NCBI GenBank assembly: GCA_964639965.1
Contig: CAZXGI010000004.1
Coordinates: 3,888 to 67,887 of the forward strand
DNA: 64,000 bases
Source of the DNA: an uncultured Rhodospirillaceae bacterium
GTDB taxonomy: Bacteria > Pseudomonadota > Alphaproteobacteria > Rhodospirillales > UBA2165
Direction of reading: 5' to 3'
Shown here: positions 9,205 through 20,162 of the stretch, piece after piece
Layout of the letters: each line of letters begins with the position of its first letter
How positions within the stretch are numbered: the first letter of the stretch is position 1
Position numbers and translations under genes: made by a program
Notes under the pieces: model-generated
Told to the model about the DNA's origin: nothing
The model's input: only the letters and a program-made list of their open reading frames with translations
Database searches by the model: none

Positions 9205-10032
9205 TTAAAGGCCTTCGTCTTGTCCGTGAATATGATAAGCAATTTCCCGGACAGGTTTTCGTCCTCGACTATCAATACCTGTAGGCAACCAGGCACAGAC
9301 ATTTGCACCGGGAGACCAAACCGTTTTGCAGGGGCCCGGCACAAAGAACTCAACAAATTTAGCCTCTTTATCGCTTTCATTAATAAAAGTATGAAGCTCA
9401 TGCTCGTAATTGTAGAGAACGTCGCCAGTTTTAAACACCTCACGATCTCCATTTAGGAGAGCAGTAAGACTTCCCGAAATAATATACTGGAAATGTTCAG
9501 CTCCTACATGGTAATGCACGGGGGCAGCAGCACCTGGAGGATATGTAATCATCTCACCTTTAAAAGCGTTTGTTCCCGCCAATGCTTGCGTCGCCAAATA
9601 TACCCGCTTACGTTCATCATGCTCAGATTCTAAAACGGGCTCACGCGTCCAATCAGTAAAACATAAATCACCAGGCATATCTCCGACATCAAGGTCAAAC
9701 CGCAAAGCGTCTGGTATGCGTGCAACAAGCAGGGTTGAACCACTTTGACTGGAAATATACTTACCCTGATATCCTAGTGGTAAATATGAAATAAAATCAG
9801 GTGTTAACGTCCTGGATATTCCCTCCAATGATATTTGACCCGACAAGACCTGCACCCAGCCAATCATTCCCTGATCCAGCATCAAATCATATTCTCCTTT
9901 GGGTAGAATTTTTACATAGTCAAGCCGTATTTGATCATTCCCAATCACATCCCTGTTTAGCAATTGGATAACTTCACAGCCAGGGGATATGACTATCGGT
10001 TTTTGATCTTTTGCTCTTATTATTACGGGCAT
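9205..10032 (-). CDS. cupin domain protein (two-cupin architecture)
   Basis: 275-aa ORF. The C-terminal cupin has an HxHxxxE metal motif (PVHYHVGAEHFQYIISG). Confidence 0.65.
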   Translation of the reverse strand: MPVIIRAKDQKPIVISPGCEVIQLLNRDVIGNDQIRLDYVKILPKGEYDLMLDQGMIGWVQVLSGQISLEGISRTLTPDFISYLPLGYQGKYISSQSGSTLLVARIPDALRFDLDVGDMPGDLCFTDWTREPVLESEHDERKRVYLATQALAGTNAFKGEMITYPPGAAAPVHYHVGAEHFQYIISGSLTALLNGDREVFKTGDVLYNYEHELHTFINESDKEAKFVEFFVPGPCKTVWSPGANVCAWLPTGIDSRGRKPVREIAYHIHGQDEGL

Positions 10033-10049
10033 ATTAGATCTTCTACAAT

Positions 10050-10976
10050 TTACCCTTCAATAATTCCATTAACAAAATCTATAATATCAGGTCCGACACC
10101 ATTATCGCCAGAGCCAATAGAATAAACCTGAGACACATGATTATGACCAGACATTTGTTTATAGCGCGGAATCCAATCAAATTTGGAACCAATTTCCAAC
10201 AACAATTCTACGCTAAATCGTTCCCAATTAACGGGGTCGTATTCGGCCGTTGAAAGCATAAGAGGTGTATCACCATGATCAACATTACCTAAAACCCCCA
10301 TCTCTATATATTTCTCAGAGGGATCACCAAAATAAGCTATCTGATTGGGCGCTGCATTCTCGCGATCGTTTCCATAAACACCGGACATCAATATAGCTCC
10401 TGCACAACCTGGACCTTCATCATCTGGATGCATTGACTTTCTAAGAACATAGGTTGAAACATGAACTGCACCCGCTGACTGCCCCAACAAGAATATTTTT
10501 TTTGGGTCGCCCCCATATGATGAAATATTTTCTCTCGCCCAGTCGACGGTTTTAGCTACATCAGTGGCACCATCGGGCCATTTAGCATCTGGTGCCAATC
10601 GATAGGTCGCATTAATTCCAATCATATTATTTCGTACAAAAAAATTAGCTACGTTGCCATGTAACAAATCACCTTCAACATTCTTATGTCCCTGAACAAA
10701 ACCTCCGCCGTGAAAAAAAATAACCACGGGCAAGTCTTTCTTCTCAACCTCATTATGATGAATATCGAGAACATTTCGATCATCCGGCCCGTACGACACA
10801 TCACGTATTATATTAATACCAGTTCGATCAATTTTACTCAAAATAGGCAGATAAAGTTCTAGTGTTTTCTTAACAACATTGGGATCAAAGACCTTACCTA
10901 TATTACTAATTTCTGTTGCAACTTCATCGGGTATATTATGGACACTCTTTGACGTATCATTATTATCCTTGCTCAT
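10050..10976 (-). CDS. alpha/beta hydrolase (esterase/lipase, HGGG type)
   Basis: 308-aa ORF with oxyanion-hole FFHGGGF and nucleophile elbow GQSAG. Confidence 0.8.
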   Translation of the reverse strand: MSKDNNDTSKSVHNIPDEVATEISNIGKVFDPNVVKKTLELYLPILSKIDRTGINIIRDVSYGPDDRNVLDIHHNEVEKKDLPVVIFFHGGGFVQGHKNVEGDLLHGNVANFFVRNNMIGINATYRLAPDAKWPDGATDVAKTVDWARENISSYGGDPKKIFLLGQSAGAVHVSTYVLRKSMHPDDEGPGCAGAILMSGVYGNDRENAAPNQIAYFGDPSEKYIEMGVLGNVDHGDTPLMLSTAEYDPVNWERFSVELLLEIGSKFDWIPRYKQMSGHNHVSQVYSIGSGDNGVGPDIIDFVNGIIEG

Positions 10977-11069
10977 TTATACAACCTCATTTATTTTTCT
11001 GTTTTTTTTTCCCTATCAATTTAGAGTAATAAGGTAGGCTGACCAGTACAACAGTGATTAAGATATTTT

Positions 11070-11681
11070 TCAATCTCGAAGACCTCCCAAATTTTCAACA
11101 AATTCAATAATTTCCTGTAATCCAATATTTTCTTTAAGGTTTGAAAAATAGTAGGGCTTATCACCCCTCATCTGCCTCGCATCATGATCCATTACGTCAA
11201 GATCAGCTCCAACCAGCGGGGCAAGATCTATTTTATTAATAACTAACAAATCTGATCTTGTTATGCCGGGACCTCCTTTTCTCGGAATTTTATCACCGGC
11301 AGAGACGTCAATTACATAGATAGTAATATCAGCCAGCTCGGGCGAAAACGTAGCTGCTAGATTATCACCTCCGCTTTCTATAAATATAACATCAAGCCCT
11401 AAAAATTTTTCATTAAGTTGGGATACCGCCGATAAATTCATCGAAGCATCTTCACGGATTGCTGTATGCGGACATCCTCCTGTTTCAACTCCCAAAATTC
11501 TATCCGCTTCTAGTGCTCCTGATCTGGTTAGAAATTCCGCATCCTCTCGTGTGTATATATCGTTGGTAATCGCAGCAATATTAAATTCGTTACGCATCGA
11601 TTTACAAAGTCGTTCCAATAAGGCCGTCTTGCCAGTTCCAACCGGGCCGCCTATTCCAACTCTTAATGGATTTAAACTCAT
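11070..11681 (-). CDS. ureG: urease accessory GTPase UreG
   Basis: 203 aa; P-loop GPVGTGKT; strongly UreG-like throughout. Confidence 0.95.
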   Translation of the reverse strand: MSLNPLRVGIGGPVGTGKTALLERLCKSMRNEFNIAAITNDIYTREDAEFLTRSGALEADRILGVETGGCPHTAIREDASMNLSAVSQLNEKFLGLDVIFIESGGDNLAATFSPELADITIYVIDVSAGDKIPRKGGPGITRSDLLVINKIDLAPLVGADLDVMDHDARQMRGDKPYYFSNLKENIGLQEIIEFVENLGGLRD

Positions 11682-12388
11682 GATCTAAACAGCCGTGTAT
11701 ATTGCGTTTCATGATTCATCGAAGCTATATCAATAATAGGAGCAGCTGTACCGATTTCCTCAAAATTATCATGCAGCGCAGCCTCAATTGACGAATTTAT
11801 ATTCGATTTTATGGATTCAATACAACGTTGACCCGCCACTTGGCCAAGTGGGATCAAGCGAACCCCTGCCGATACCAGATTCGATGCAAATGAATGGAAA
11901 TAAGCTAATAATGCTGAACGAAGGGGCACATTTGCAATTGCTAATGCAATTGCTACTGCTATGGCGTAAGTTGGTTTTCTTTCTATCTTGCGCATAATAT
12001 CCATTAAATGCTGAATTTCCTTCAAATTTTTGACTTCCATAACTGTATCAAGAAAAGCAACCCCCTGTGATTCACTTTCCAGAGCCATTTCATTAGTAGC
12101 CCGCATAATATCTCCTCGTTCGACAACCCAACAAAGTCTATCAAAATTTTGATCCTTAACAGCTTGCCAAGCAATACGAAAAAACACCCCGTCAATACGA
12201 CCTGCCCCCTGAGACAGTGCTGCCTTAATCCAGACGCGCAATTGGGACTCATTTTGGATAAGCTTATCTTCAACGGCAAATTCAATACCGTGAGAATACA
12301 CATAACTCCCCACAGGAAAGCTGGGTGACAAGAAAGTCATTAAATCCAGAAATGCAGCGTCAGAACAATTATTTGTGGCCATGGACAT
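11678..12388 (-). CDS. ureF: urease accessory protein UreF
   Basis: UreF-like sequence positioned between ureE and ureG. The ORF is open to 12445, but the ATG at 12388 (MSMATNN..) gives a typical length and only a short overlap with ureE. Confidence 0.85.
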   Translation of the reverse strand: MSMATNNCSDAAFLDLMTFLSPSFPVGSYVYSHGIEFAVEDKLIQNESQLRVWIKAALSQGAGRIDGVFFRIAWQAVKDQNFDRLCWVVERGDIMRATNEMALESESQGVAFLDTVMEVKNLKEIQHLMDIMRKIERKPTYAIAVAIALAIANVPLRSALLAYFHSFASNLVSAGVRLIPLGQVAGQRCIESIKSNINSSIEAALHDNFEEIGTAAPIIDIASMNHETQYTRLFRS

Positions 12389-12845
12389 GCCCCCCAGAAT
12401 GTCCAGAAACGTCGTAGGCCCCCTTCTCAGGAGAAAATACTGCAACGTTTGGCGTTGTCACTGCACCTAAACCTTCGACCATATTTTTCAAAACGTGATC
12501 AAAAATAATTCGAACCGCGCCACATTCCAGAACTTGCAAAGGTATATGGCGATTCCCTATGTGCCAGGCAATTTTTGCGGTCTCGGACGCCGTTCTGCAC
12601 TTGATATCAAGAACATCTTCCTTTGCAGCCTTAACTTCAATCATACCACCTTTCTCTAAGATTAAGGCATCACCCTCGTCCATTTGAACGGCCTTCTCGA
12701 GATCTAGCATGAACGCTTCTCCACTATCATCGCGCATTTTTATTCGCCGACGATATCGATCTTCATAAGATAATGTCACAGTGCCTACAATATCATCAAC
12801 ATTGCCACTATTTGATGGAAGTATATTTGTTGCACGTCTCATCAA
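12369..12845 (-). CDS. ureE: urease accessory metallochaperone UreE
   Basis: 158 aa; His-rich C-terminus [12 protein letters not shown]; ATGA overlap with the ureC stop. Confidence 0.9.
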   Translation of the reverse strand: MMRRATNILPSNSGNVDDIVGTVTLSYEDRYRRRIKMRDDSGEAFMLDLEKAVQMDEGDALILEKGGMIEVKAAKEDVLDIKCRTASETAKIAWHIGNRHIPLQVLECGAVRIIFDHVLKNMVEGLGAVTTPNVAVFSPEKGAYDVSGHSGGHVHGHK

Positions 12846-14554
12846 AACAAAAAGTACCTTTGTGCCATGGCGAGTTCATCAGCAGGCTCACAAATCAATA
12901 GCTCCCCGTCAGCTCTCACCTCATAGGTTTCAGGATCAACTTCAATTTTTGGCTGATAATCATTTAACTTCATATCTTTTTTCTTAACGGATCGAGTCCC
13001 AAAAACTGGTATCAATTCTCTTGAGAGGCCCAATGTACTGCTGATATTAGAATGAGCTGCAGCCTCAGATGTAAAAGTTATGGAACTTTCAATTAACGAT
13101 CTGCCAAATGCTCCAAACATAGGACGGTAATGCACAGGTTGAGGTGTTGGAATAGAGGCATTTGGATCCCCCATAGCTGCTGCAGCAATCGTGCCTGCTT
13201 TAAGAATAATATCGGGTTTAACGCCAAAAAACATAGGTTTCCATAAAACAAGATCGGCTAATTTACCAACTTCGATAGAACCTACATGTTCAGAAATTCC
13301 ATGTGAGATAGCTGGATTTATCGTATATTTTGCAATATATCTCTTCACTCGAACATTATCGTTCTCACCAGTCTCTCCGACCAAATGGCCGCGTTGTTTC
13401 TTCATCTTATCAGCCGTTTGCCATGTGCGAATTATTACTTCACCAACTCGCCCCATCGCCTGACTGTCTGATGCTATCATGGAAAATGCCCCAAGATCGT
13501 GAAGAATATCTTCAGCCGCTATAGTCTCTCGACGAATTCGGCTTTCCGCAAAGGCAATATCTTCAGGGATCCGAGAGTCCAAATGATGACAAACCATCAA
13601 CATGTCAAGATGTTCATCTACTGTGTTAACGGTGAATGGTCGCGTTGGATTAGTTGACGACGGCAACACATTCGCTTCACCGCATACTTTAATTATGTCA
13701 GGCGCATGGCCTCCACCTGCCCCTTCAGTATGGAAGGCATGTATAGTGCGATGCCTAAATGCTTCTATGGTATTCTCAACAAAACCAGCCTCATTCAAAG
13801 TGTCCGTGTGAATCGCAACCTGAACATCCATTTCATCTGCGACCCCGAGGCATGTATCGATGGCTGATGGAGTCGTGCCCCAATCCTCATGGAGTTTGAG
13901 ACCACAAACTCCGGCTTCGACTTGAGCCTTTAATTCATCAGGTTGTGATGAGTTACCCTTACCAAAAAAACCAAGGTTCATGGGTAACCCTTCTGCAGCT
14001 TGAAGCATACGGCTTATATGCCAGGCTCCAGGTGTACACGTTGTCGCATTCGTACCTTCCGCTGGCCCTGTTCCCCCACCAAGCATGGTTGTAATTCCTG
14101 AGTACAAAGCATCATCAACCTGCTGTGGACTAATCCAATGAATGTGAGCATCAATACCACCAGCCGTTAAAATGCGTCCTTCACCAGCTATAGCTTCGGT
14201 GCCTGGGCCAATTATGATATCAATATTTGATTGGATATCCGGATTACCCGCCTTGCCAATAGCATGGATACGCCCTTCCTTCAGTCCGACATCAGCTTTA
14301 AGAATACCCGAATGATCAACAATTAGTGCATTTGTTATGACGGTATCAACGGCTCCATTTGCTCGACTTATTTGAGATTGCCCCATACCATCACGGATGA
14401 CTTTTCCACCGCCAAATTTAACCTCTTCACCATAAAACGTCTTATCATCCTCGACTTCGATAAAAAGATCAGTATCAGCAAGACGAATTTTATCCCCAGT
14501 GGTGGGCCCATACATCGCAGCATATTCTGAGCGTTCTATCTCATAACCCATCAA
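12842..14554 (-). CDS. ureC: urease alpha subunit UreC
   Basis: 570 aa with canonical urease alpha sequence ([30 protein letters not shown]). Confidence 0.97.
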   Translation of the reverse strand: MMGYEIERSEYAAMYGPTTGDKIRLADTDLFIEVEDDKTFYGEEVKFGGGKVIRDGMGQSQISRANGAVDTVITNALIVDHSGILKADVGLKEGRIHAIGKAGNPDIQSNIDIIIGPGTEAIAGEGRILTAGGIDAHIHWISPQQVDDALYSGITTMLGGGTGPAEGTNATTCTPGAWHISRMLQAAEGLPMNLGFFGKGNSSQPDELKAQVEAGVCGLKLHEDWGTTPSAIDTCLGVADEMDVQVAIHTDTLNEAGFVENTIEAFRHRTIHAFHTEGAGGGHAPDIIKVCGEANVLPSSTNPTRPFTVNTVDEHLDMLMVCHHLDSRIPEDIAFAESRIRRETIAAEDILHDLGAFSMIASDSQAMGRVGEVIIRTWQTADKMKKQRGHLVGETGENDNVRVKRYIAKYTINPAISHGISEHVGSIEVGKLADLVLWKPMFFGVKPDIILKAGTIAAAAMGDPNASIPTPQPVHYRPMFGAFGRSLIESSITFTSEAAAHSNISSTLGLSRELIPVFGTRSVKKKDMKLNDYQPKIEVDPETYEVRADGELLICEPADELAMAQRYFLF

Positions 14555-14856
14555 ACCTTGCCCTGTATTTTTGCATTAAAGCCAAACACAACCTGATCAC
14601 CTTCATATAAAACCAACTCGACCTCACGCACCTGACCAGGCTCAAAGCGAACCGCCGTACCAGCTGGGATATTGAGGCGGTAACCTCTGGTATTTTCGCG
14701 ATCAAATTCCAGGGCGCCATTTGATTCATAAAAATGAAAATGAGACCCCACTTGTATAGGACGATCGCCAGTATTAGTGATTTCTAGCTTCTGAGTAACT
14801 CGCCCTTCATTAAGGATAATTACCCCATCTGTTGTAACAATTTCTCCTGGGATCAT
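14551..14856 (-). CDS. ureB: urease beta subunit UreB
   Basis: 101 aa starting MIPGEI..., typical of UreB. Confidence 0.95.
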   Translation of the reverse strand: MIPGEIVTTDGVIILNEGRVTQKLEITNTGDRPIQVGSHFHFYESNGALEFDRENTRGYRLNIPAGTAVRFEPGQVREVELVLYEGDQVVFGFNAKIQGKV

Positions 14857-14865
14857 TATATTACC

Positions 14866-15168
14866 TCACCTTATTGGTTCATGTACGGTGACGAGTTTGG
14901 TTCCATCAGGAAATGTTGCTTCGACTTGGATATCCCCAATCATTTCCGGAATGCCATCCATTACTTGATCGCGTTGCAAAACATTTGCACCATCCGCCAT
15001 CAAATCAGCAACACGACGTCCATCTCTCGCACCTTCAACAACGAAGTCACTAATCAATGCGATGGCCTCGGGATAATTCAACTTAACACCGCGAGATAGT
15101 CTTTTTCGTGCAACCTCAGCAGCCATGGCAATTAAAAGTTTATCCTTTTCTCTGGGAGAAAGATTCAT
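14866..15168 (-). CDS. ureA: urease gamma subunit UreA
   Basis: 100 aa starting [13 protein letters not shown]..., typical of UreA. Confidence 0.95.
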   Translation of the reverse strand: MNLSPREKDKLLIAMAAEVARKRLSRGVKLNYPEAIALISDFVVEGARDGRRVADLMADGANVLQRDQVMDGIPEMIGDIQVEATFPDGTKLVTVHEPIR

Positions 15169-15248
15169 ATTTGACCCTCCATAGAAACCTAAAATAGATT
15201 AAAGAAATTTATCCTGTAATAAATTAATATTCCACAATTTATTGTAAT

Positions 15249-16124
15249 TTACATATTCCATAATCGTGGCATTCTCGCTGGCAAGCCAATTAACTTATTA
15301 CGGAAATTCAGCCAAAAATCTCCAAAAGCATTCCGCAACTCCAATGTATCATTTCCAAGCCATCTCATAACTAAAATCCCGTTTACATGAGTTACTCCAG
15401 ACTTGACAGCCTTTTGGGAATTTCCAATAACATCTCGGGCAATAGTAAGCGCCTCCTCGGCATCCGGACCTACATAAACTGCTGTTGCCATCGCTACAGC
15501 ACCGTCAAAACAAGCCGGATCGCTTATTACCGAGCCTATATTTTTTTCGAGGTGCAACACATCGGACCAAATTAAACGCCCTTTATGCTCAATTTCCCAG
15601 ACATCACGTATCAACCCGTTCTCAAAATTCTCACCAAAACCCAATCGCCCAAATACAATTATCTCGCCTGCAAATAGACGGCCACCATCAATAACGTTGA
15701 TATTTTTTTTTCGATTCAAACGTGATCCTTCAAATAAAATTGTTTCCTGAGGAAGAAACTCTAGCCAACCACCAGTCTCTGATAAAAGGTTTATATTTAT
15801 CTCGGTATTTTCTCCATTTGAACGATAAATTTTCTCTGCTGCCTGGGCCATCACAAGGGCTCTCGCGTTCTCACCTATATTAACTTCTATCGAAATGACA
15901 TCACCACCGACAAGTCCACCCGATGTTGTCACGGTAACCGCATTCATAATTTCATCTTTCCGGGTAATGGGGAAAAGAAATCTTAAGGGATCGGAATGGT
16001 ATAAATCAATTATACGAGCATCTCCACCGGGAGCACACTCAATACTAAGCTCCGCTTTACCTTCAACTTTAATCTTCCCTGACGTCTTATTTAAATTTAG
16101 AGAGGGTGAGATAGCAACAGACAT
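15249..16124 (-). CDS. ureD: urease accessory protein UreD
   Basis: UreD-like sequence at the head of the operon. The ORF is open to 16274 (341 aa), but the ATG at 16124 (MSVAISPS..) has an AGGA-containing Shine-Dalgarno region and gives a typical length of about 290 aa. Confidence 0.8.
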   Translation of the reverse strand: MSVAISPSLNLNKTSGKIKVEGKAELSIECAPGGDARIIDLYHSDPLRFLFPITRKDEIMNAVTVTTSGGLVGGDVISIEVNIGENARALVMAQAAEKIYRSNGENTEININLLSETGGWLEFLPQETILFEGSRLNRKKNINVIDGGRLFAGEIIVFGRLGFGENFENGLIRDVWEIEHKGRLIWSDVLHLEKNIGSVISDPACFDGAVAMATAVYVGPDAEEALTIARDVIGNSQKAVKSGVTHVNGILVMRWLGNDTLELRNAFGDFWLNFRNKLIGLPARMPRLWNM

Positions 16125-16272
16125 TTCTCTTATCCTAGAAACAGATCTTAACGCAAAGATAGCATCGTTCCAAAATAATACAGGGTAAACATCAGACCAT
16201 TTTTTTGCAAACTCGATTTTTAGTCGACCTTTCGGAAAGGAAATATTATTATAAAACGGGAAGGCAGTTGAC

Positions 16273-16719
16273 ATGACTATCTTAGCTGGTGCACTGGAAA
16301 TAGACTGGAAGTGCCGTCATACTTGGCGACGCTCGTCTGTTAATACGCTTTGGTGTCTGCTCGGATGCTCAATCGGTGATTTCGGTACGATAGCTTTTTT
16401 TCAATTGAACTCTATCGCATGGCCAACAATAGCGATTATGTTATTAGCCATTTTGATGGGTTTGTTAACATCAATTTTATTAGAAACAATCATTCTAATT
16501 CGTCAAATGTCGATTCACCTCGCATTAAAAACGGCTTTAGGTATGTCTCTCATCTCCATGATCTCTATGGAGGTGGCTATGAATGTATTAGACGTTATTG
16601 TTACCGGAGGGGCAATTCTTACATGGACGGTCATTCCATTTATGCTGATTGTGGGGTTCATCACGCCACTTCCCTACAATTATTGGCGATTGAAAGCATT
16701 AGGTAAAGCCTGTCATTAA
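16273..16719 (+). CDS. DUF4396-like small integral membrane protein
   Basis: 148 aa, 4 TM, with an LGCSIGDFG motif resembling DUF4396; GGGAAGG Shine-Dalgarno. Confidence 0.55.
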   Translation: MTILAGALEIDWKCRHTWRRSSVNTLWCLLGCSIGDFGTIAFFQLNSIAWPTIAIMLLAILMGLLTSILLETIILIRQMSIHLALKTALGMSLISMISMEVAMNVLDVIVTGGAILTWTVIPFMLIVGFITPLPYNYWRLKALGKACH

Positions 16720-16778
16720 TTGAATCACATTTTAACAGTCCAACAATTACTCGATTGCCCCCCACAAAAATTTTTGTT

Positions 16779-18155
16779 TTAATGGCTTTTTATAAAATTG
16801 ACAAACCGTTCAGCCCACTTATTGGTTGTCAGACTTCTTTGATGAGTAAAACAAGCCAGCATATTCTTAATTATTAAGCCATCATGTTCGCCATCAATAC
16901 CGTGTCCTCGGACTACTCTATAGGCATAACGAAGGTTTTTTGATAAACCCTCAAGCGAAGCATAGTGAAATTCATGGGCGGGAATTTTATCGGTTATAGA
17001 CGGTGGCTGCGCTTCCGGCCACAAAGATTGTTTCGTTTCATTTAATCGAACATAACCACGTCCTATCGGCCTTTCATGCATTATTCCAGCCGCCGGAATG
17101 ACCCCCACCATATCAAACTTTTTTCCTTGCCAGCTCAAACTATTTGCCAAATATAATAAACCGCCGCATTCTGCGTAACAGGGCATTCCGCCTTCAATCA
17201 TATTATATATATCGGATTTAAGAGACAAATTTTCGGATAAAGCCTGCATATGCACTTCGGGAAATCCACCACCAATAAAAAGACCATCAGCCGTAGGTAA
17301 ATGACGGTCGTGTAATGCATCGAAAGAAACTAAATTGGCACCCGCCTGATTCAAAGCCTCCAAGTCATCATGGTAATAAAATCCAAAAGCTGCATCTTGA
17401 GCAATTGCAATCGTGATGGGTTTATTGGTCGTCGCTTTATTTCTAAGGATTTTTGGTTTCAGTCTAGGGACGGCTTTAGTAGCCATTTTCTCCACTGTGT
17501 CGATGTCAACTTCGGACTCGATCACCCGCGCTGTTCTCAAAACGTTTGAATCAGCTGAGGGCACCTCATTTGCTGGAACTAACCCTAGATGCCTTTCGAC
17601 AATCTTGAGTTCAGGACGCCTTCCAATAGCTCCGATAACCGTAAGGTCAGTATAACGCTCAATTGCAGCGCGCATCTTTGTTTCGTGGCGTTGACCGCCA
17701 ACTTTATTAAGTATAACCCCTGCAATTTTTATATCCTCTTCGAATGACTCATAGCCTTTAAGGAGTGGCGCGACACCGCGGGTCATACCATACGTGTCAA
17801 CAACCAAAATAATCGGAATACCAAGCAAGCGGGCTAAAGCTGAGTTGCTGTCAGACCCCTCAGGGTCCAACCCATCGAACAAGCCTTTATTTCCTTCAAT
17901 AAAAGTCAGATCCGCGCCCTTGCTAAATTTAGAAAAGAAATCAACAATCTCTTGATGGCTTTGGGTAAAAAAATCGAGATTACGGCAAGGAGCCTGAGCT
18001 GCGCGCCCGAGCCACATTGGATCGATATAATCGGGACCTTTTTTAAAAGGTTGTATCCTTAAGCCACGTTGCTGAAAAACGGCACAAAGCCCCATTGTAA
18101 CGGTCGTCTTGCCAGATGATTTTAGGGCAGCGGATATAATCAAACTCCCTGGCAT
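16779..18155 (-). CDS. dsrN: DsrN, cobyrinic acid a,c-diamide synthase-like siroheme amidase
   Basis: 458 aa; CobB/CbiA fold with N-terminal nucleotide loop (SGKTTVT) and C-terminal glutamine amidotransferase Cys (YAECGG); last gene of the dsr cluster. Confidence 0.85.
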   Translation of the reverse strand: MPGSLIISAALKSSGKTTVTMGLCAVFQQRGLRIQPFKKGPDYIDPMWLGRAAQAPCRNLDFFTQSHQEIVDFFSKFSKGADLTFIEGNKGLFDGLDPEGSDSNSALARLLGIPIILVVDTYGMTRGVAPLLKGYESFEEDIKIAGVILNKVGGQRHETKMRAAIERYTDLTVIGAIGRRPELKIVERHLGLVPANEVPSADSNVLRTARVIESEVDIDTVEKMATKAVPRLKPKILRNKATTNKPITIAIAQDAAFGFYYHDDLEALNQAGANLVSFDALHDRHLPTADGLFIGGGFPEVHMQALSENLSLKSDIYNMIEGGMPCYAECGGLLYLANSLSWQGKKFDMVGVIPAAGIMHERPIGRGYVRLNETKQSLWPEAQPPSITDKIPAHEFHYASLEGLSKNLRYAYRVVRGHGIDGEHDGLIIKNMLACFTHQRSLTTNKWAERFVNFIKSH

Positions 18156-18186
18156 CGTTTAGATAATCTCCTATCAAAGCATAGAA

Positions 18187-19404
18187 CTAGTTAGCGTTAT
18201 TAAATTTCGGATCGGTCACACTGTTTTCTAGAGATGTTGGTAAAAACCGTAACGCCTTTAAACCAATCATGATTATCAATACAGCAACCGAAATCCCGCC
18301 GATACCAAGTAAAAACTCGGGTAAAGTTGGAATATAACTCCGAACCACGCCATCAAAGAACGAACTTTTAACATCCATACCGGGAAACAAAACTAAAGGA
18401 AATGCTTGTCCTCCAATAATAATCACGTAAAGCTGAGAGAAACCTCCTATTATTACACAGCTAGCCGAAAGATAAATATTAGATCTTAATTTATTGAATC
18501 TCGAATAGAACAAAAGTAATAATGGAATTAGTGTTCCAATTAAAATCTGACCAATCCAGAAAAGAAAAGTATAAATTCCACCTTCTAACAGAACAAAACG
18601 TTCCACATCATGGTGCTCGGTAGCATACAAATTCGTCAAATGTTGTATCAACACAAAATATAAAACCACACCAACAAAAATACCTAATAACTTTCCGAGT
18701 CGTAAAACGATAAAATCTCCAAGAGGTCGATTGTCAGCTGCTGAAATAGTAGCCAAAATTAAAATAAACACCGCCAAACCAAGAGCAAATGACATGGCAA
18801 TAAACAGCGGAGCAAATACAGCTGCGTCATAACTTTGCCGAGCCACCAGAAAACCAAAAATAGAGCCTGTGCCAGTAGTAAGCACAAGACGCCAAACCAA
18901 CGCGATTATGCCGACAGAGGGTACAAAGACATTCATCCGCTTTTCAAGCATCATCCACAGATAAATACCGACGATGGCAATAAAGCCTATATAAAGAAAA
19001 ATATTCCAGGCAAAAATGGATTTAAAATTATAGGTTGTCATAGCAACTATAAGCCGGTCAGGTCTCCCCAAGTCTAGAACAAGGACGAGCAGACCACCCA
19101 CTAATAAAGCGATGGCAAGCAACCCAGAAAGCCTTGCGAGTGGCTTATATGTCGCTTTCCCAAAAACGGAGCTAATAGATGCAACGTTTAGTGCTCCTGA
19201 AGCAGCGACAATGAGAAAGATAGCAAATACATGCGGCACTCCCCAGACAACATTGTTATTCATGCCCGTTACATGATGTCCGTTTACCTCCATGTAATAA
19301 CCTGACAATGCTCCAGCTAACGTTACAAGGCCAACAAAAACAAATGATAAGTAGAATTTTCGTTCATCCCCCTGCAACTGCGAATAAGTGAAATTTCTTT
19401 GCAT
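18187..19404 (-). CDS. dsrP: DsrP, NrfD/PsrC-like polytopic membrane subunit
   Basis: 405 aa, roughly 10 TM, positioned after dsrO. Confidence 0.85.
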   Translation of the reverse strand: MQRNFTYSQLQGDERKFYLSFVFVGLVTLAGALSGYYMEVNGHHVTGMNNNVVWGVPHVFAIFLIVAASGALNVASISSVFGKATYKPLARLSGLLAIALLVGGLLVLVLDLGRPDRLIVAMTTYNFKSIFAWNIFLYIGFIAIVGIYLWMMLEKRMNVFVPSVGIIALVWRLVLTTGTGSIFGFLVARQSYDAAVFAPLFIAMSFALGLAVFILILATISAADNRPLGDFIVLRLGKLLGIFVGVVLYFVLIQHLTNLYATEHHDVERFVLLEGGIYTFLFWIGQILIGTLIPLLLLFYSRFNKLRSNIYLSASCVIIGGFSQLYVIIIGGQAFPLVLFPGMDVKSSFFDGVVRSYIPTLPEFLLGIGGISVAVLIIMIGLKALRFLPTSLENSVTDPKFNNAN

Positions 19405-19406
19405 AT

Positions 19407-20162
19407 CTAAATTCCCTGATACCGAACACCGAGATCCAGACCCAGATCGGCACGCACTTGTTGGGAGGCGTACTTTTCTAAACGTATAGAAATCTCGCTA
19501 TTCGGATCGTTTAGATCCCCAAACACCATTGCCTTACCCCCTGTCTCGGAGCATGCCTCAACACATGCGGGCGTACCTCCTTTATCAATTCTGTGCACAC
19601 AAAGCGTACAACTTTCAACAGTTCCTTTACCTCTTGGCACATCTGTTTTCTGATCTGTTAATTCTTCATGTACAAAGGATCGAGCTTGATAAGGACAAGC
19701 CACCATGCAGTAACGACAGCCGATACATGTGTGTTTGTCTACTAGCACTATGCCGTCAGCTCGCTTAAATGAGGCGCCCGTTGGACACACGTCAACACAA
19801 GGCGGGTGCGCACAATGCTGGCACATCATAGGCAATGAAATTTTATGGTTGGTTTTAGGGTTTCGAACCTCAAGTTTTCTAATCCACTGCGGATCCGTTT
19901 CTGGATGACCTGAGGAACCAATCCCATTTTCCTTAAAACATGCCGATACACATTCATTACAATCGACAGAACATTTTTGTGTGTCAATCAACATACCCCA
20001 GCGCACCTTCGGTGTAACGCCTTTAGTTTTCTCCGCTGAACTCGAGAAGCTAAACAAAGTTACTCCCGGAGCTATAGCTAGGCTAGCTGCTCCAGCGATA
20101 CCCGCGAGAAATTTACGGCGCGCTAATTCTGTATTTTCTTTATTTTTCATATCCTCAATCAT
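19407..20162 (-). CDS. dsrO: DsrO, periplasmic 4Fe-4S ferredoxin-like subunit
   Basis: 251 aa; Tat signal RRKFLAGIAG; multiple Cys clusters (CIGCRYCMVACP, CVHRIDKGGTPACVEAC). Confidence 0.88.
   Translation of the reverse strand: MIEDMKNKENTELARRKFLAGIAGAASLAIAPGVTLFSFSSSAEKTKGVTPKVRWGMLIDTQKCSVDCNECVSACFKENGIGSSGHPETDPQWIRKLEVRNPKTNHKISLPMMCQHCAHPPCVDVCPTGASFKRADGIVLVDKHTCIGCRYCMVACPYQARSFVHEELTDQKTDVPRGKGTVESCTLCVHRIDKGGTPACVEACSETGGKAMVFGDLNDPNSEISIRLEKYASQQVRADLGLDLGVRYQGI

Noticed and set aside
16764-16777. Perfect AT-only palindrome ACAAAAATTTTTGT between the convergent DUF4396 and dsrN genes
   Set aside because: It could act as a weak bidirectional terminator, but it has no GC stem and no loop, so a terminator call cannot be supported.
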